This document shows, in pieces, positions 36,201 through 45,287 of a stretch of DNA of 64,000 nucleotides; positions within the stretch are counted from its first letter, which is position 1, and each line of letters starts with the position of its first letter. The position numbers and the translations under genes are program-made. Origin of the DNA: an uncultured virus (IMG/VR IMGVR_UViG_3300021387_000281) (taxonomy: Duplodnaviria; Heunggongvirae; Uroviricota; Caudoviricetes; Crassvirales); the IMG/VR virus record IMGVR_UViG_3300021387_000281; one strand, 5' to 3'. The notes under the pieces are model-generated. The model was not told the origin of the DNA. It ran no database searches and saw only the letters and a list, made by a program, of their open reading frames with translations.

Positions 36201-39200
36201 ACAAAGAGAAAGAAGAGAAGAAAGCAGACAAGAAGAATGCTGAGGAAGATGCAAAGAGTAAGTTTGCAGGAAAGACGGCAAAGGAAATAAACCAAGATAT
36301 TTCAAATGGAAATATATCTGAAGAAGATGTAGACGATTTCTCAGTTGCTGACCTTAGCGATATTACTGATGAAGATTCCAAACAAGCATTGGAAGCTGCA
36401 AAGAGTGAAGCACAGAAAAGTAAAGAGATTAGACAGAAACAAGCAGAAGCCAAAGGAGCTATTCTACAGAAAGCAGATGAAGAAGGTTATAACAGTGCTT
36501 CTGTTGATGCAGCATTGAATGCTATAGACACTATGGCTGCAAATGCTGATGATGCAGCAGATATCAACTTGGATAATGTAGCAGCTGCCATTCCTCCTTC
36601 TGATTATGAAGGAGCAGATGTTGGTGTATCAGAAGCAGAGAAATTAGCACAACAGGTTACAGACCTTGTGGCTGAAGGGCTCAATGCATGGAAAGAGAAC
36701 CAAGATAAAAAAGATGATATTCCTGACCCATCAACTGCTGTAAACTTTAGAGAACCAGAGGATACTGGACATGACAGTACTACTAAAGTGCCCGCAGAAA
36801 CAGCTGCACCTAAAGTAGAAACTCCTCAGAATAGTGATGAGTGGGAGCAGCCCACTCCTACTAATACCCTAACATCGGAAGCAGTAGATACTATTGTAGA
36901 AGAGCTGAGAAAAGCAAGTGAAGAACCTGCAAAGGCTGGAACATGGAGAAGCACTACAAGGAGATATGGAAGAAGACAGAATGCTGCAGGAGGATGGTAT
37001 GCAACTAATGTTCCCTATCATGAGCTGATATCAGATAAGAACTCTTTGAGGTATAAGAGGAGCAAGGCTATATGGGAATATCTTGATGCTCAGGGAACTT
37101 GGGATAGAATAGAAAATGCAGGCAAAGACAGACTAAAAGCAGGAGACAAGATACACTTTATGGTAAAGAACTTTGCCAATGAAATATTTGGTAAAGACTT
37201 TGAAGACTGTACTGAAGAAGAGAAATCGCAGGCACTTGTTATCTTGATGCTTAATGATAATGGGGAAGTACTTGGAGATTTACCTCTTGCCCAGTTAGAG
37301 CCCTCTTATAACAATGGTGATGAGTCAAAGATGACTCAGCAAGTAAAGGAACTTGTATCTACCCAGAAAATGCTCTTTGATGCTTTTGAAGAGAAGAGAA
37401 AGCAGACAGGATGTAATGAAGCTATAGCAGACAAGACTCTTCAGAAAGACGGTGTAGAGAATCTTGGACTTACTTTTAATAACAGAACTAAGAGTCCATT
37501 TATGTCAGAGATTTCTCAGGTACTGAATGGTATGGTGCCATTTGGTAGTGAGGTGAATACTCTGAATGATGTGATGGGCAATGAGAACTTGCTGCTTGGT
37601 ATATCTGTTACAGGAGAGACTATTGCCACTTCAAGAGATAAGAAGGACAGAAGAGGCGGCGCTGCAAGAGGTACTAGGACTGGTAATATAGGACAGCCCT
37701 ACCTGCTTATGCCTTCAGCCTCTGGAGCTTTGATGGCTGTGCCTTTCTATACCAAAGCTTTTGATGCTCAAAGACATCAGGGAACAGAACTCTATAGACT
37801 GCTGACGGAATCAATTACAAGCTTGCTTCAAGATGCTATCAATAAAAAGGAAGATGCAAACTCCTATAAAGAAGCAATGGATATTATACAGGCATTGCTT
37901 CAAGTAAGACCACAGGAAGGAGCTAAGAGTACTGTAGAGATTAAGGACAATCAGGTTATCATGCATCTGCAGAGCTTGGTTGATGCAGACAGGAAGATAG
38001 ATATTACAATACCAAATACTGGAGATGTGACTGCTATGGCTACTGCTATAGCTAATCAGATGAGTGGTACTAATATCAATATCAGTCTACAGTTTATCAA
38101 TACTAAGATTGGTAGAAAGGGAGGTAGGACAGCGGATTACAATAAGGTAATAGGAGAGATTGCGGAAGTTAATCTTCCAAAGAACACTACTCACACAAGA
38201 AACAACTGGTTTACTATTAAGCTTTCTACTCAGGCAGGAAATAAGAGAAATGAAGTAAGATACCAGCAGTCAGGAAAGCAGACAGTGAATCTGAATGGTA
38301 GGACTATTCAGATAGATACTGATAACTTTACTGCAGTAAGAATAGACCCAACAACCAAGGAAGAGATTCCTATAGAAGGTGATGAAGAAGTGAATCTGCT
38401 TCTTGCTGAAGTGAAAGCTGCACAGCAGGCAGACAAGACAAAAAACTTTAAAATAACCTTGGATGGAGAAGTCAGAATTTGTAAAATTACAGATAATGGA
38501 AAGGTTGAATTTGTAAAAGCTTCTCAAGGTACAGGTGTCAATGCAGGGCAGGAATCTCTTAATAAGCAAAGAGATGAGAGAAGAGAAAGAAGGAATGAGA
38601 TTAGGACTTATATTAATGATAATATTAGAAGTCTTAATGTCGCAGGAAGTAATGCTATTATTGATGACATTCTTGAGATTGACCCATCATTAGACACTCA
38701 AAAGATTGCTGGATTAATAGAGAAAGCATTTAATAGGAGTCCTGCGGCTGCAAAGTGGCTTATTGAACATAGTGGATTTAGGAATAAGCTGATTACACTT
38801 ATTAGAAAGAGTAATACTACGCAAGAGAATCAAACTACTTCTAATGTTTCTCCTGCTACTACTACTTCAAATACAGAAGAAACTACTTCAACACAGCAAG
38901 TAGCCCAAGGTGCTATTTCCTTCTCTAATGATAGTGCTCAACAGCCTACAAAGCAACAATGGTCAGATACACCTGAGCATAGAGTGCAGAACAGTAAACT
39001 TTTGCACAAACAAGATATTCTTGACGTGTATGATGATACAGACGGTGGATTGCAAATAACTATAAAAGCAATAGATGGGTCAGGAAGAACTGCAATAATA
39101 GGCTTTAGTAATAGTAAGAAAAAATTTACTCTACAAGTAAATACTCTTCAAGGAGAAGATGCTGTTTATCCATCCGAAGAACAAATAAATAATATGGTAA

Positions 39201-40843
39201 ATTACTATTTACCTAAAGAACTTCAGGATTTCTTTACTTCAGGAGAGTATGAAAAAATTGATGGTGATGCACATGCTCTTCATAAGCAAATGAAAGCAGA
39301 AAATCCAAATGTTGATAGTAATGAAATCGCATGGGCAATAAATAGAATGCCAAATAAACTTAGAGATACTTTTGGTATTTTTACTATAAGAGAGAGATTT
39401 GATGGCACCAAGGAAACAAACGATTTGGAAGACCCTCAAAACTCAAATCTAGATTTGTTCAGACAGGGTGCAAAGCAGTCCCTAGATTCACTTAATCAAC
39501 AAATAGCAAGAAGTATTCAGCAGCAAAGAGATGATGAGTTAGACTTGATTCTTGCAGGTGTTTCTGAGGAAGACATGGATAAAGTAAGAGGAGGAAAGAC
39601 ACTTACTGAAATTGAAAAGGAGGTTGCTGATGCAGGCATTATTAATAGAAGGAACCAAGATGCCTGGAATGCTATTCCTGCAGCGCTGAAGTTAAAAATG
39701 GCAAATGCAGGCATTGGAATTGTTCTAGAGTACGGCAGAGAGAAAGTAACTCTTGATTATAGGAACCTTGATGACATGAAGGAGAAGCTCAAAGAAGCTA
39801 ATAAGTATGCCAAGAGCGGAAATCTAACTGTCAGTGAAGGTGCTAAATATAGAAGGGCAACCACTGAAGCACAAAGAAAGGCAAACATTCAGAAAGAAAG
39901 AAAGTGGCTACAAAAGAATCTTCCAATGTTTAATACTGAAGAAAGACTGCATCTGCTTCATGGGCTTTTGGAAATTCCTGGTGAAGAACACTGGGCATGG
40001 GGTAGATTTGAGAAAGGTATTATCACTTTGTCTGATATGGCTGCAAGAGGTACTATCTATCATGAGGCTTTCCATGCTGTTACTCAGACATTGCTCAGTG
40101 ATGAGGAACTTGATAATCTCTACGAGGCAGCTGTGAAGCACTATAAGGAGAAGGATACAGCACTTGTAGAGGAACTTCTTGCAGAAGACTTCAGAAAGTA
40201 TGTACAAAGAGGAGAGACTCCTATCATAGGCCCAATACTGAAAGTATTCAGAAAGCTAATCAATGCTATTAGGAACATCAGTGGCTATAGAGCTCCAATA
40301 CATCAGTTGTTCTACAGGATTAATAATGGTGAGTTTAGTGATAGCATACCAAGAAGCCTTAGAAGCGGCAATGCATTCTATAGTCTTGCCAAGAATTATT
40401 CTCTTGATAAAAATGACCCTATGGTACAGTATATTATCAATGATGGAATATCGAGGGGACTTAAAGGACTTAATAAAGAAGCTGTTATTGGAAAGTGGAA
40501 TAGATATGTAAATTATTGGCAAGCACAGGGATATAGACCAATAGGACACTGGAATGAAAAAACTCATAGTTATGATATTAAGGAAGTTATGTTAAACAGT
40601 GATTACATTAAATGGAAAGAGGCCGAAGAAGAAAAAAGGACATCAGATTATGCTCAGGCACTAAAAGAATATAAAGAAAAACAACAGGCTTTGCAGGCAA
40701 GAGTTGCAAGGAGAGAAATGACTCAGTGGGGCAGATTATCTTCAGAGCAGCAAATGAGCCTTATGAACGAGGGAATGACTGAAAATATTTGGAATAATCT
40801 CTCAGTAACAGAAAGAGAACAGTGGCTAGAATGTCACGGATAA
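33248..40843 (+). CDS. giant virion cargo / RNAP-associated protein with C-terminal zincin motif
   Basis: 2531 aa; Gly-rich TM-like segments, EG.IEA and TEGSEEMNQ motifs, long coiled coils, YHEAFHAV...EELLAEDF at ~40060-40190. Confidence 0.75.
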   Translation: MPADITKHGTNGLKGLEGLPSLEEAQEWGRRSQSGILGPTTGSDMSSLHSYGYDSPMGQWGSSKYDNTFENAPLVNNQMQDTRYENQPWYDTLANGVGKMLGTAGTTFVSSLVGLPTGIAAVGRGLIEGEENPWANMWDNDVTNALGDVDKWLEENMTNYKSTEQQNAPWYSLTNLGSMNFWADDVIKNAGFTLGAASSMAVGSGSLGLLAKSLGFVNDVHKGVGMGSKVASALFSATGEGMIEARNGVEERNKLKFQELEDALAPEKQALEEQFNLVNEEYQANKGLSLQRGSDGQLYDLAYKVYKQKMSVLAQQRDELNKKMEYGRQEIIDSGREMGNKILAGNQVLLTADNIIQFSKLMNKSFNNARHAAEVTSKTSKPFLAGAERVSSNLADGYKTTGKGIGRLHAATKGIFTEGSEEMNQQWIQNTAGYTEERKDINDYWKAKYDPEAYKDTSRGLYTLGQAINQGFKDSWGDIDQWEQFVIGGLTGMAGSYAPTKLFNQDKTKSRWDPRRYGEWSGGAINEVRDFNNEFNQYQENIDDLNKALAQEDFGERTRNLIAHTYLESSKEKALQENDKKAWKDEDDKQAIHDIQAFLRAGKLDDLRAIYDEMGKDMSDDEIEDIVKRNTKEITAEEDKRNYDREIDAQIGQHQQRIAEINSRIDDYTDALEVFSDGAERSSYLTTITPRIAELREEVRKEEDAIQNLNQQKDAYTGQKRFEGAYLDDKGNRIKSNDEIREEIKHNTEELNRKLDGYLDSINFVNQRTNGQLTKDQEDNLAYLHNMGKESLNRADKIMSNVRQSLPTKFLLKTSKTPEELAKENGSSDLTFAKDENTKEGYVEVDTSLMNDHSFADFFLRNVLWGGNIRPEFGETADERAIREEEEKGLNEEEKKKRRTAKWKKALEDAQNDAKEQNNTNVDLMVQNFLDNYRKNNRSNQAEAFDALNSMLGDIADASSLMQQAGEYYRTLDDYLKHPEKIDQDKEKEEKKADKKNAEEDAKSKFAGKTAKEINQDISNGNISEEDVDDFSVADLSDITDEDSKQALEAAKSEAQKSKEIRQKQAEAKGAILQKADEEGYNSASVDAALNAIDTMAANADDAADINLDNVAAAIPPSDYEGADVGVSEAEKLAQQVTDLVAEGLNAWKENQDKKDDIPDPSTAVNFREPEDTGHDSTTKVPAETAAPKVETPQNSDEWEQPTPTNTLTSEAVDTIVEELRKASEEPAKAGTWRSTTRRYGRRQNAAGGWYATNVPYHELISDKNSLRYKRSKAIWEYLDAQGTWDRIENAGKDRLKAGDKIHFMVKNFANEIFGKDFEDCTEEEKSQALVILMLNDNGEVLGDLPLAQLEPSYNNGDESKMTQQVKELVSTQKMLFDAFEEKRKQTGCNEAIADKTLQKDGVENLGLTFNNRTKSPFMSEISQVLNGMVPFGSEVNTLNDVMGNENLLLGISVTGETIATSRDKKDRRGGAARGTRTGNIGQPYLLMPSASGALMAVPFYTKAFDAQRHQGTELYRLLTESITSLLQDAINKKEDANSYKEAMDIIQALLQVRPQEGAKSTVEIKDNQVIMHLQSLVDADRKIDITIPNTGDVTAMATAIANQMSGTNINISLQFINTKIGRKGGRTADYNKVIGEIAEVNLPKNTTHTRNNWFTIKLSTQAGNKRNEVRYQQSGKQTVNLNGRTIQIDTDNFTAVRIDPTTKEEIPIEGDEEVNLLLAEVKAAQQADKTKNFKITLDGEVRICKITDNGKVEFVKASQGTGVNAGQESLNKQRDERRERRNEIRTYINDNIRSLNVAGSNAIIDDILEIDPSLDTQKIAGLIEKAFNRSPAAAKWLIEHSGFRNKLITLIRKSNTTQENQTTSNVSPATTTSNTEETTSTQQVAQGAISFSNDSAQQPTKQQWSDTPEHRVQNSKLLHKQDILDVYDDTDGGLQITIKAIDGSGRTAIIGFSNSKKKFTLQVNTLQGEDAVYPSEEQINNMVNYYLPKELQDFFTSGEYEKIDGDAHALHKQMKAENPNVDSNEIAWAINRMPNKLRDTFGIFTIRERFDGTKETNDLEDPQNSNLDLFRQGAKQSLDSLNQQIARSIQQQRDDELDLILAGVSEEDMDKVRGGKTLTEIEKEVADAGIINRRNQDAWNAIPAALKLKMANAGIGIVLEYGREKVTLDYRNLDDMKEKLKEANKYAKSGNLTVSEGAKYRRATTEAQRKANIQKERKWLQKNLPMFNTEERLHLLHGLLEIPGEEHWAWGRFEKGIITLSDMAARGTIYHEAFHAVTQTLLSDEELDNLYEAAVKHYKEKDTALVEELLAEDFRKYVQRGETPIIGPILKVFRKLINAIRNISGYRAPIHQLFYRINNGEFSDSIPRSLRSGNAFYSLAKNYSLDKNDPMVQYIINDGISRGLKGLNKEAVIGKWNRYVNYWQAQGYRPIGHWNEKTHSYDIKEVMLNSDYIKWKEAEEEKRTSDYAQALKEYKEKQQALQARVARREMTQWGRLSSEQQMSLMNEGMTENIWNNLSVTEREQWLECHG

Positions 40844-40860
40844 AGATGTAATATTTTCAG

Positions 40861-40908
40861 AAAATGATGGCAGGGATACAATAAAAATATATCTCTGCCG
40901 TTATTTTG
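40861..40908 (+). terminator. long hairpin, probable terminator
   Basis: AAAATGATGGCAGGGATA ... TATCTCTGCCGTTATTTT inverted repeat. Confidence 0.65.
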
Positions 40909-40910
40909 TT

Positions 40911-41234
40911 ATGAGCAACCTAGAGACTTCTTTAAACATATTAGAACTTTGCCTAAGACTTAGTAGCCCCCCAGAGGTAAGGAAAGCAAGATTCTTCTTT
41001 GATTACAAAGGAGCACTTGAGGACGATCCTACTATGGGATATGGTATCATTAAGTTGTATGTAGAAACCTATAATAGTAACTTTGTGCTAGAATGGAAGC
41101 ATTATTGGGTAGTTATTAATGAGGATGTAGACATTGCACATAATGATGCTGCGGAAGCTTTATTAGAAGATAAGGATTATTTAAAGGTTTGGGAAGCTAT
41201 AGATTTTGAAAGAGAGTGTTGGAAATGGGAATAA
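40911..41234 (+). CDS. hypothetical protein
   Basis: 107-aa ORF filling the gap between two hairpins. Confidence 0.55.
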   Translation: MSNLETSLNILELCLRLSSPPEVRKARFFFDYKGALEDDPTMGYGIIKLYVETYNSNFVLEWKHYWVVINEDVDIAHNDAAEALLEDKDYLKVWEAIDFERECWKWE

Positions 41235-41262
41235 AAAGGGGAGCAACTTGTACTCCCCTTAA
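41233..41262. terminator. terminator between the convergent transcription units
   Basis: AAAAAGGGGAG-CAACTTGTA-CTCCCCTT; the A tract gives the U run on the - strand. Confidence 0.75.
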
Positions 41263-41267
41263 TTGTT

Positions 41268-44200
41268 TTACTTATAGTCTCTTGAATAATATTTAGTACC
41301 TGTATCAAGGTCATCCAAGAATTTATCAATCTGTCTGAACTGAGTCATTGGTGGTAATGGCAATTCCATCCACCTTTTATAGATATGGCTGTGTCCTTCA
41401 TACCTACCACTCTTAATCAGTTCATCATCATCTGGGAACCAGTTACCTGGCCACATTGTAGTCATCATAGCTTGAGCAAGACTATTAGCAGCAGAGAGAA
41501 CTACCATAGGTGAAGTAACGGTCTTGTATCCCTCTGTCAACATCATAGGTCCAGGAGTAAGGAATCCTAATTCATGAACCTCTCTATTGAGCATGTATTC
41601 AGCAAACTTTGCTGCCCAGCTTCTGTCAGGGTCTTTGACTCCACTTCCAAGCATTGAAACAATAATCCATAAAGAATAAGTCTGAAGGATTTCAGTGAGG
41701 GCCCTTCTGCAGTTAGCCTTCTCTTCCTTACTAAGTCTATCCCACTCAGAAGCAATCTTAAATCCTGATTTCCAAATATCTTTAGCTAGTCTATATGCAG
41801 TTATATAGTAGCCTTCCTCTTCTTTACCAATATCCATAATAGTACGTTTGCTCTCAAAGCGGCGCATCATCTGAGGAATAATCCATTTACGCATCTGAAG
41901 GGCAAGTTTACCGATAACAGTTCTATTAGCTGCATTTTGGTCTTCATCATTATAGATACCTGCAATAGTATGATTGATGTGAGCTATCTCCCTTGCGAAA
42001 GCTGTAGCACTGAAGTTAGAACCATCAAGATTCTTTGCTCCAGGTTTAATTTGCATTATTTTGTAGCCATTTTCATCAGTAATGATTTCACGAGCATCCC
42101 ATACAGACATTTCTTTGCCATTCACTTTAATCTTTCTGCTTTTTGCCATTGCTAATGCAGTACGATTATAAATCCAATGGTCACCCATGCCCTGTTGCAC
42201 AAAGAGCCAATTCTGCCCAAAGAAACGCCTGAATATATTTTTCATTTGAACATTATGAAGTTTGTCTTTGGCATTCTGTCGAACATCAAATAACTCATCA
42301 AAAAGAGCGAGTTCACTTTGTTTGGTCCTACTTGTAAGCTCTGCCAAGAAAGCAGGCATTAACTTAGCATACTCAGCATCAGCAGCAGCAAGTTGCTTTG
42401 CTCCAAAGAATTCTCCTGCAGCGGCTTCAATATTTTGCATACCTACAGCAGTTGCTACGTTAGCAACACCTGCAAGATAGTTACATCCAAGATAAGCCAT
42501 AGAAGTAAGCTTTTGGAATACACCTATGCGCTTTTGCCAATTAGGGCCTATAACATCGTCTTCTTTAAGATATCTACCGTAAACCTGACATTCAAGGTAA
42601 TCACGAAGTTTCTTCTGGAAGTTGGTATTGCTGCCTATTTTAATGTTTCTTTTGGTAACTCTACCTAAAGCATTGATGGTTTCCTCTTTAGCCTTAGTAC
42701 CAATATTCTTAGTGAACTCCTTACTGGAAAGAACATCTACGCCAATCTCAAGAGGGTCATAAGTAGCTGCTACTTCCTCATAGTTATTGGCCATGTAAGC
42801 ATAGCACATCAAGTCACCAATGACATCAATGGAAAGCTCATCAGGATTCTTTAATCTGTTGGTATAGAGAACAGGGAGAGTTAGGTATTCCTTACCAGTA
42901 AAATCAGTAAGACCATTGGTGCGTTCTCCCCACAGTTGGTCATCATCCTCAGTTCTTCGCCAAGCACTCTTAATGCTTTCTTTAATTCCTTCAATAGCCT
43001 GGGAAGGATTGGAAACAGCATCTAAAGCACGCTGAGAACCTCCTCTTCTTCTCTGTATGGCTCTATTAGTATCCCGACGTTCTCTTGGTAGCTGAGCTTC
43101 TATTTTCGTCTTATAGGCAATAATTTCATCCAAAGTGTCTCTTTGAGCTTTGGATAGTTTGTCATAGTCATAATTCCTATAGTTTTCGTTTGGATATGCA
43201 TTACCAAACATGTCAAACTCGGCATTCTCCCGATACCACAATCTTCTTTCTTCCTGCATCTTACGGGCATCTTCTCCCATAGGATGCTTTCCATATTTAT
43301 CAAGAAGGCGTTTCTTCATATTCTCCTCGTCCTTCTTGAATTTACCTTGATTGTATTTGGAAATATAGTTACCTGTCTTATGACCATCACTATCTTTCTC
43401 AAACATCCATTCAAAGGAAGTGATTCCACGCTTTTCAGCATTATCACGAATTTTCCATATATCACGGATGCTCCTCATAGTTTTAAGTCTTGCTCTGTCT
43501 TTGGCATTCTTCACTGCCTTATCAAACATCTGAAGGATAATAGAAGAAGAATTACCCATAGAAGTGAGCCATCGGTCAAACTCTGAAATATCAAAGTCTT
43601 CTCCCATCAATACATCTTTAAGAGGAATAATGTTGCCTCTCTCATCTCTGAGAGGAGATTTCTCATAGATAGGAGCCAGATAATCAGAAAAAGCAGCAAG
43701 AGCCTGATTCTTGAAAGAAGTAATACATGACTCATATATGTCATTGATTTCTTTCCAAAGCTCACGAAGATTTACTTCTTCACCATCAATAGTAATGACG
43801 GCTTCATCACCAATTTCATCAAGAATCTCATGGAAATCACGGATAAATTCAGCGTAGGAATCAATAGTAGCCTTCAGATGACGGAGATATTTAAAGTCAC
43901 TTGTCTCAAGAGTTCCTGAGATATCCAGTTTCTCCATAGCATCCTGAAGATCAGTAAGAGCCCACTTGGCATAAGTATGAACACCCTCAAGCTTACGAGT
44001 ATCACTGATGAGAGCTTCTAACTTAATGATACGTTTTTTGATATCGTCAGTCATTTCCTTGGGAGCTATCTTGCTACGTTTCCTCTCTACTTCATCAGCA
44101 TTACGAAGAAGCTGAATTATCTTATCTGTGCCTTCTTTGAGCTGATTAAACTTAGCATTGCGCTGAGCCTTGATGACTTCTTCTCTCTTGATTTTTTTTG

Positions 44201-45263
44201 TGCCTTGGAGAACTTGTTTGGCAAGATCGTTCATAGAGCTGTCAACCTCATTCTTAGCCTTTGTAATAGCATCAGCATCTTTTCCTTTAAATATTCTCTT
44301 CAGCATATTTACAAGACGCTGTACAAGAGTTTTTAAAGATTTAGACTGAGGACTTTCATCTTCTGTTGAGGTGACGGTGGTGGAGGAGTTTTTTAGTTTT
44401 TCCTGAAGTACCTTTCCAAGTGCTTCCTCTGCTAAGGTTTCTTCAATAGATACCTCATTACCAAAAGTATCATAGTTAGGATTCTCTGTATAATGAGCCC
44501 TGTTTGTCTCATACTCATCACCAAGAATCTCCCTTACAAGGTTGTCATTATTAGTAAGAGTCCTAAGACTACGCTGTATAAGAGGTTCCTCTCTAAACAT
44601 ACCAATCAAAAGATGTGCAAACTCTTCAGAAAGAGCCAATTCACCTTCCATACCATTGGCAATGCTAATTAAACTTTTGAAACCATCAGCAATAGAAGAA
44701 GCCTTTGAGAAATCAACTCTACCATTTGTCTGCTCATTAGCTTCCAACAAATCTACAGTCACACCAGCATCACTCAGAAGCCCTTCAAGAGCTTGATTAA
44801 GCCGAGTAGCCCCATACTGATTACGGAATTCCTCTATGTTTGCAGGGTTCTTTTCTCGTATTTCCACTCTAATCTCCTGACTATTATCAGAAGGAGTAAC
44901 TACTGCCACCAGATTATCACGAAGGTCAGAAGAAGTATTATAAGCCTGTGCAGAAAGAATCAAACGATTAAAGTTCTCCCTTGTATTTGGAACAAAGGAA
45001 AACTTTTTCTGCTCAGCCTTTATGAGCTTACTATTACCAATCAAATTTTTTATATAAGGCACAGTAAGGACACTTTGATAAGTGGGCACCCCTTGGCTAT
45101 CAAACTCCAACTTGCTTTTATAGTCACGTTGGAAAGTAGGAGACAACACTTTGGTAAACACTTCGGCAGCTGTTTCATAACCAAGTTCCTTGCGATAGGT
45201 TTGGAAACCTTTTAATTCTTCACCATTCTTATTTCGGGGAATAAAACTACAACTTAATGCCAT
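41268..45263 (-). CDS. large virion cargo / RNAP-associated protein
   Basis: 1331 aa immediately downstream of the RNAP gene; degenerate zincin LSEEFAHL...AEEALGK; helical. Confidence 0.7.
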   Translation of the reverse strand: MALSCSFIPRNKNGEELKGFQTYRKELGYETAAEVFTKVLSPTFQRDYKSKLEFDSQGVPTYQSVLTVPYIKNLIGNSKLIKAEQKKFSFVPNTRENFNRLILSAQAYNTSSDLRDNLVAVVTPSDNSQEIRVEIREKNPANIEEFRNQYGATRLNQALEGLLSDAGVTVDLLEANEQTNGRVDFSKASSIADGFKSLISIANGMEGELALSEEFAHLLIGMFREEPLIQRSLRTLTNNDNLVREILGDEYETNRAHYTENPNYDTFGNEVSIEETLAEEALGKVLQEKLKNSSTTVTSTEDESPQSKSLKTLVQRLVNMLKRIFKGKDADAITKAKNEVDSSMNDLAKQVLQGTKKIKREEVIKAQRNAKFNQLKEGTDKIIQLLRNADEVERKRSKIAPKEMTDDIKKRIIKLEALISDTRKLEGVHTYAKWALTDLQDAMEKLDISGTLETSDFKYLRHLKATIDSYAEFIRDFHEILDEIGDEAVITIDGEEVNLRELWKEINDIYESCITSFKNQALAAFSDYLAPIYEKSPLRDERGNIIPLKDVLMGEDFDISEFDRWLTSMGNSSSIILQMFDKAVKNAKDRARLKTMRSIRDIWKIRDNAEKRGITSFEWMFEKDSDGHKTGNYISKYNQGKFKKDEENMKKRLLDKYGKHPMGEDARKMQEERRLWYRENAEFDMFGNAYPNENYRNYDYDKLSKAQRDTLDEIIAYKTKIEAQLPRERRDTNRAIQRRRGGSQRALDAVSNPSQAIEGIKESIKSAWRRTEDDDQLWGERTNGLTDFTGKEYLTLPVLYTNRLKNPDELSIDVIGDLMCYAYMANNYEEVAATYDPLEIGVDVLSSKEFTKNIGTKAKEETINALGRVTKRNIKIGSNTNFQKKLRDYLECQVYGRYLKEDDVIGPNWQKRIGVFQKLTSMAYLGCNYLAGVANVATAVGMQNIEAAAGEFFGAKQLAAADAEYAKLMPAFLAELTSRTKQSELALFDELFDVRQNAKDKLHNVQMKNIFRRFFGQNWLFVQQGMGDHWIYNRTALAMAKSRKIKVNGKEMSVWDAREIITDENGYKIMQIKPGAKNLDGSNFSATAFAREIAHINHTIAGIYNDEDQNAANRTVIGKLALQMRKWIIPQMMRRFESKRTIMDIGKEEEGYYITAYRLAKDIWKSGFKIASEWDRLSKEEKANCRRALTEILQTYSLWIIVSMLGSGVKDPDRSWAAKFAEYMLNREVHELGFLTPGPMMLTEGYKTVTSPMVVLSAANSLAQAMMTTMWPGNWFPDDDELIKSGRYEGHSHIYKRWMELPLPPMTQFRQIDKFLDDLDTGTKYYSRDYK

Positions 45264-45287
45264 ATATTTTGTTATTTATTTTTTCGT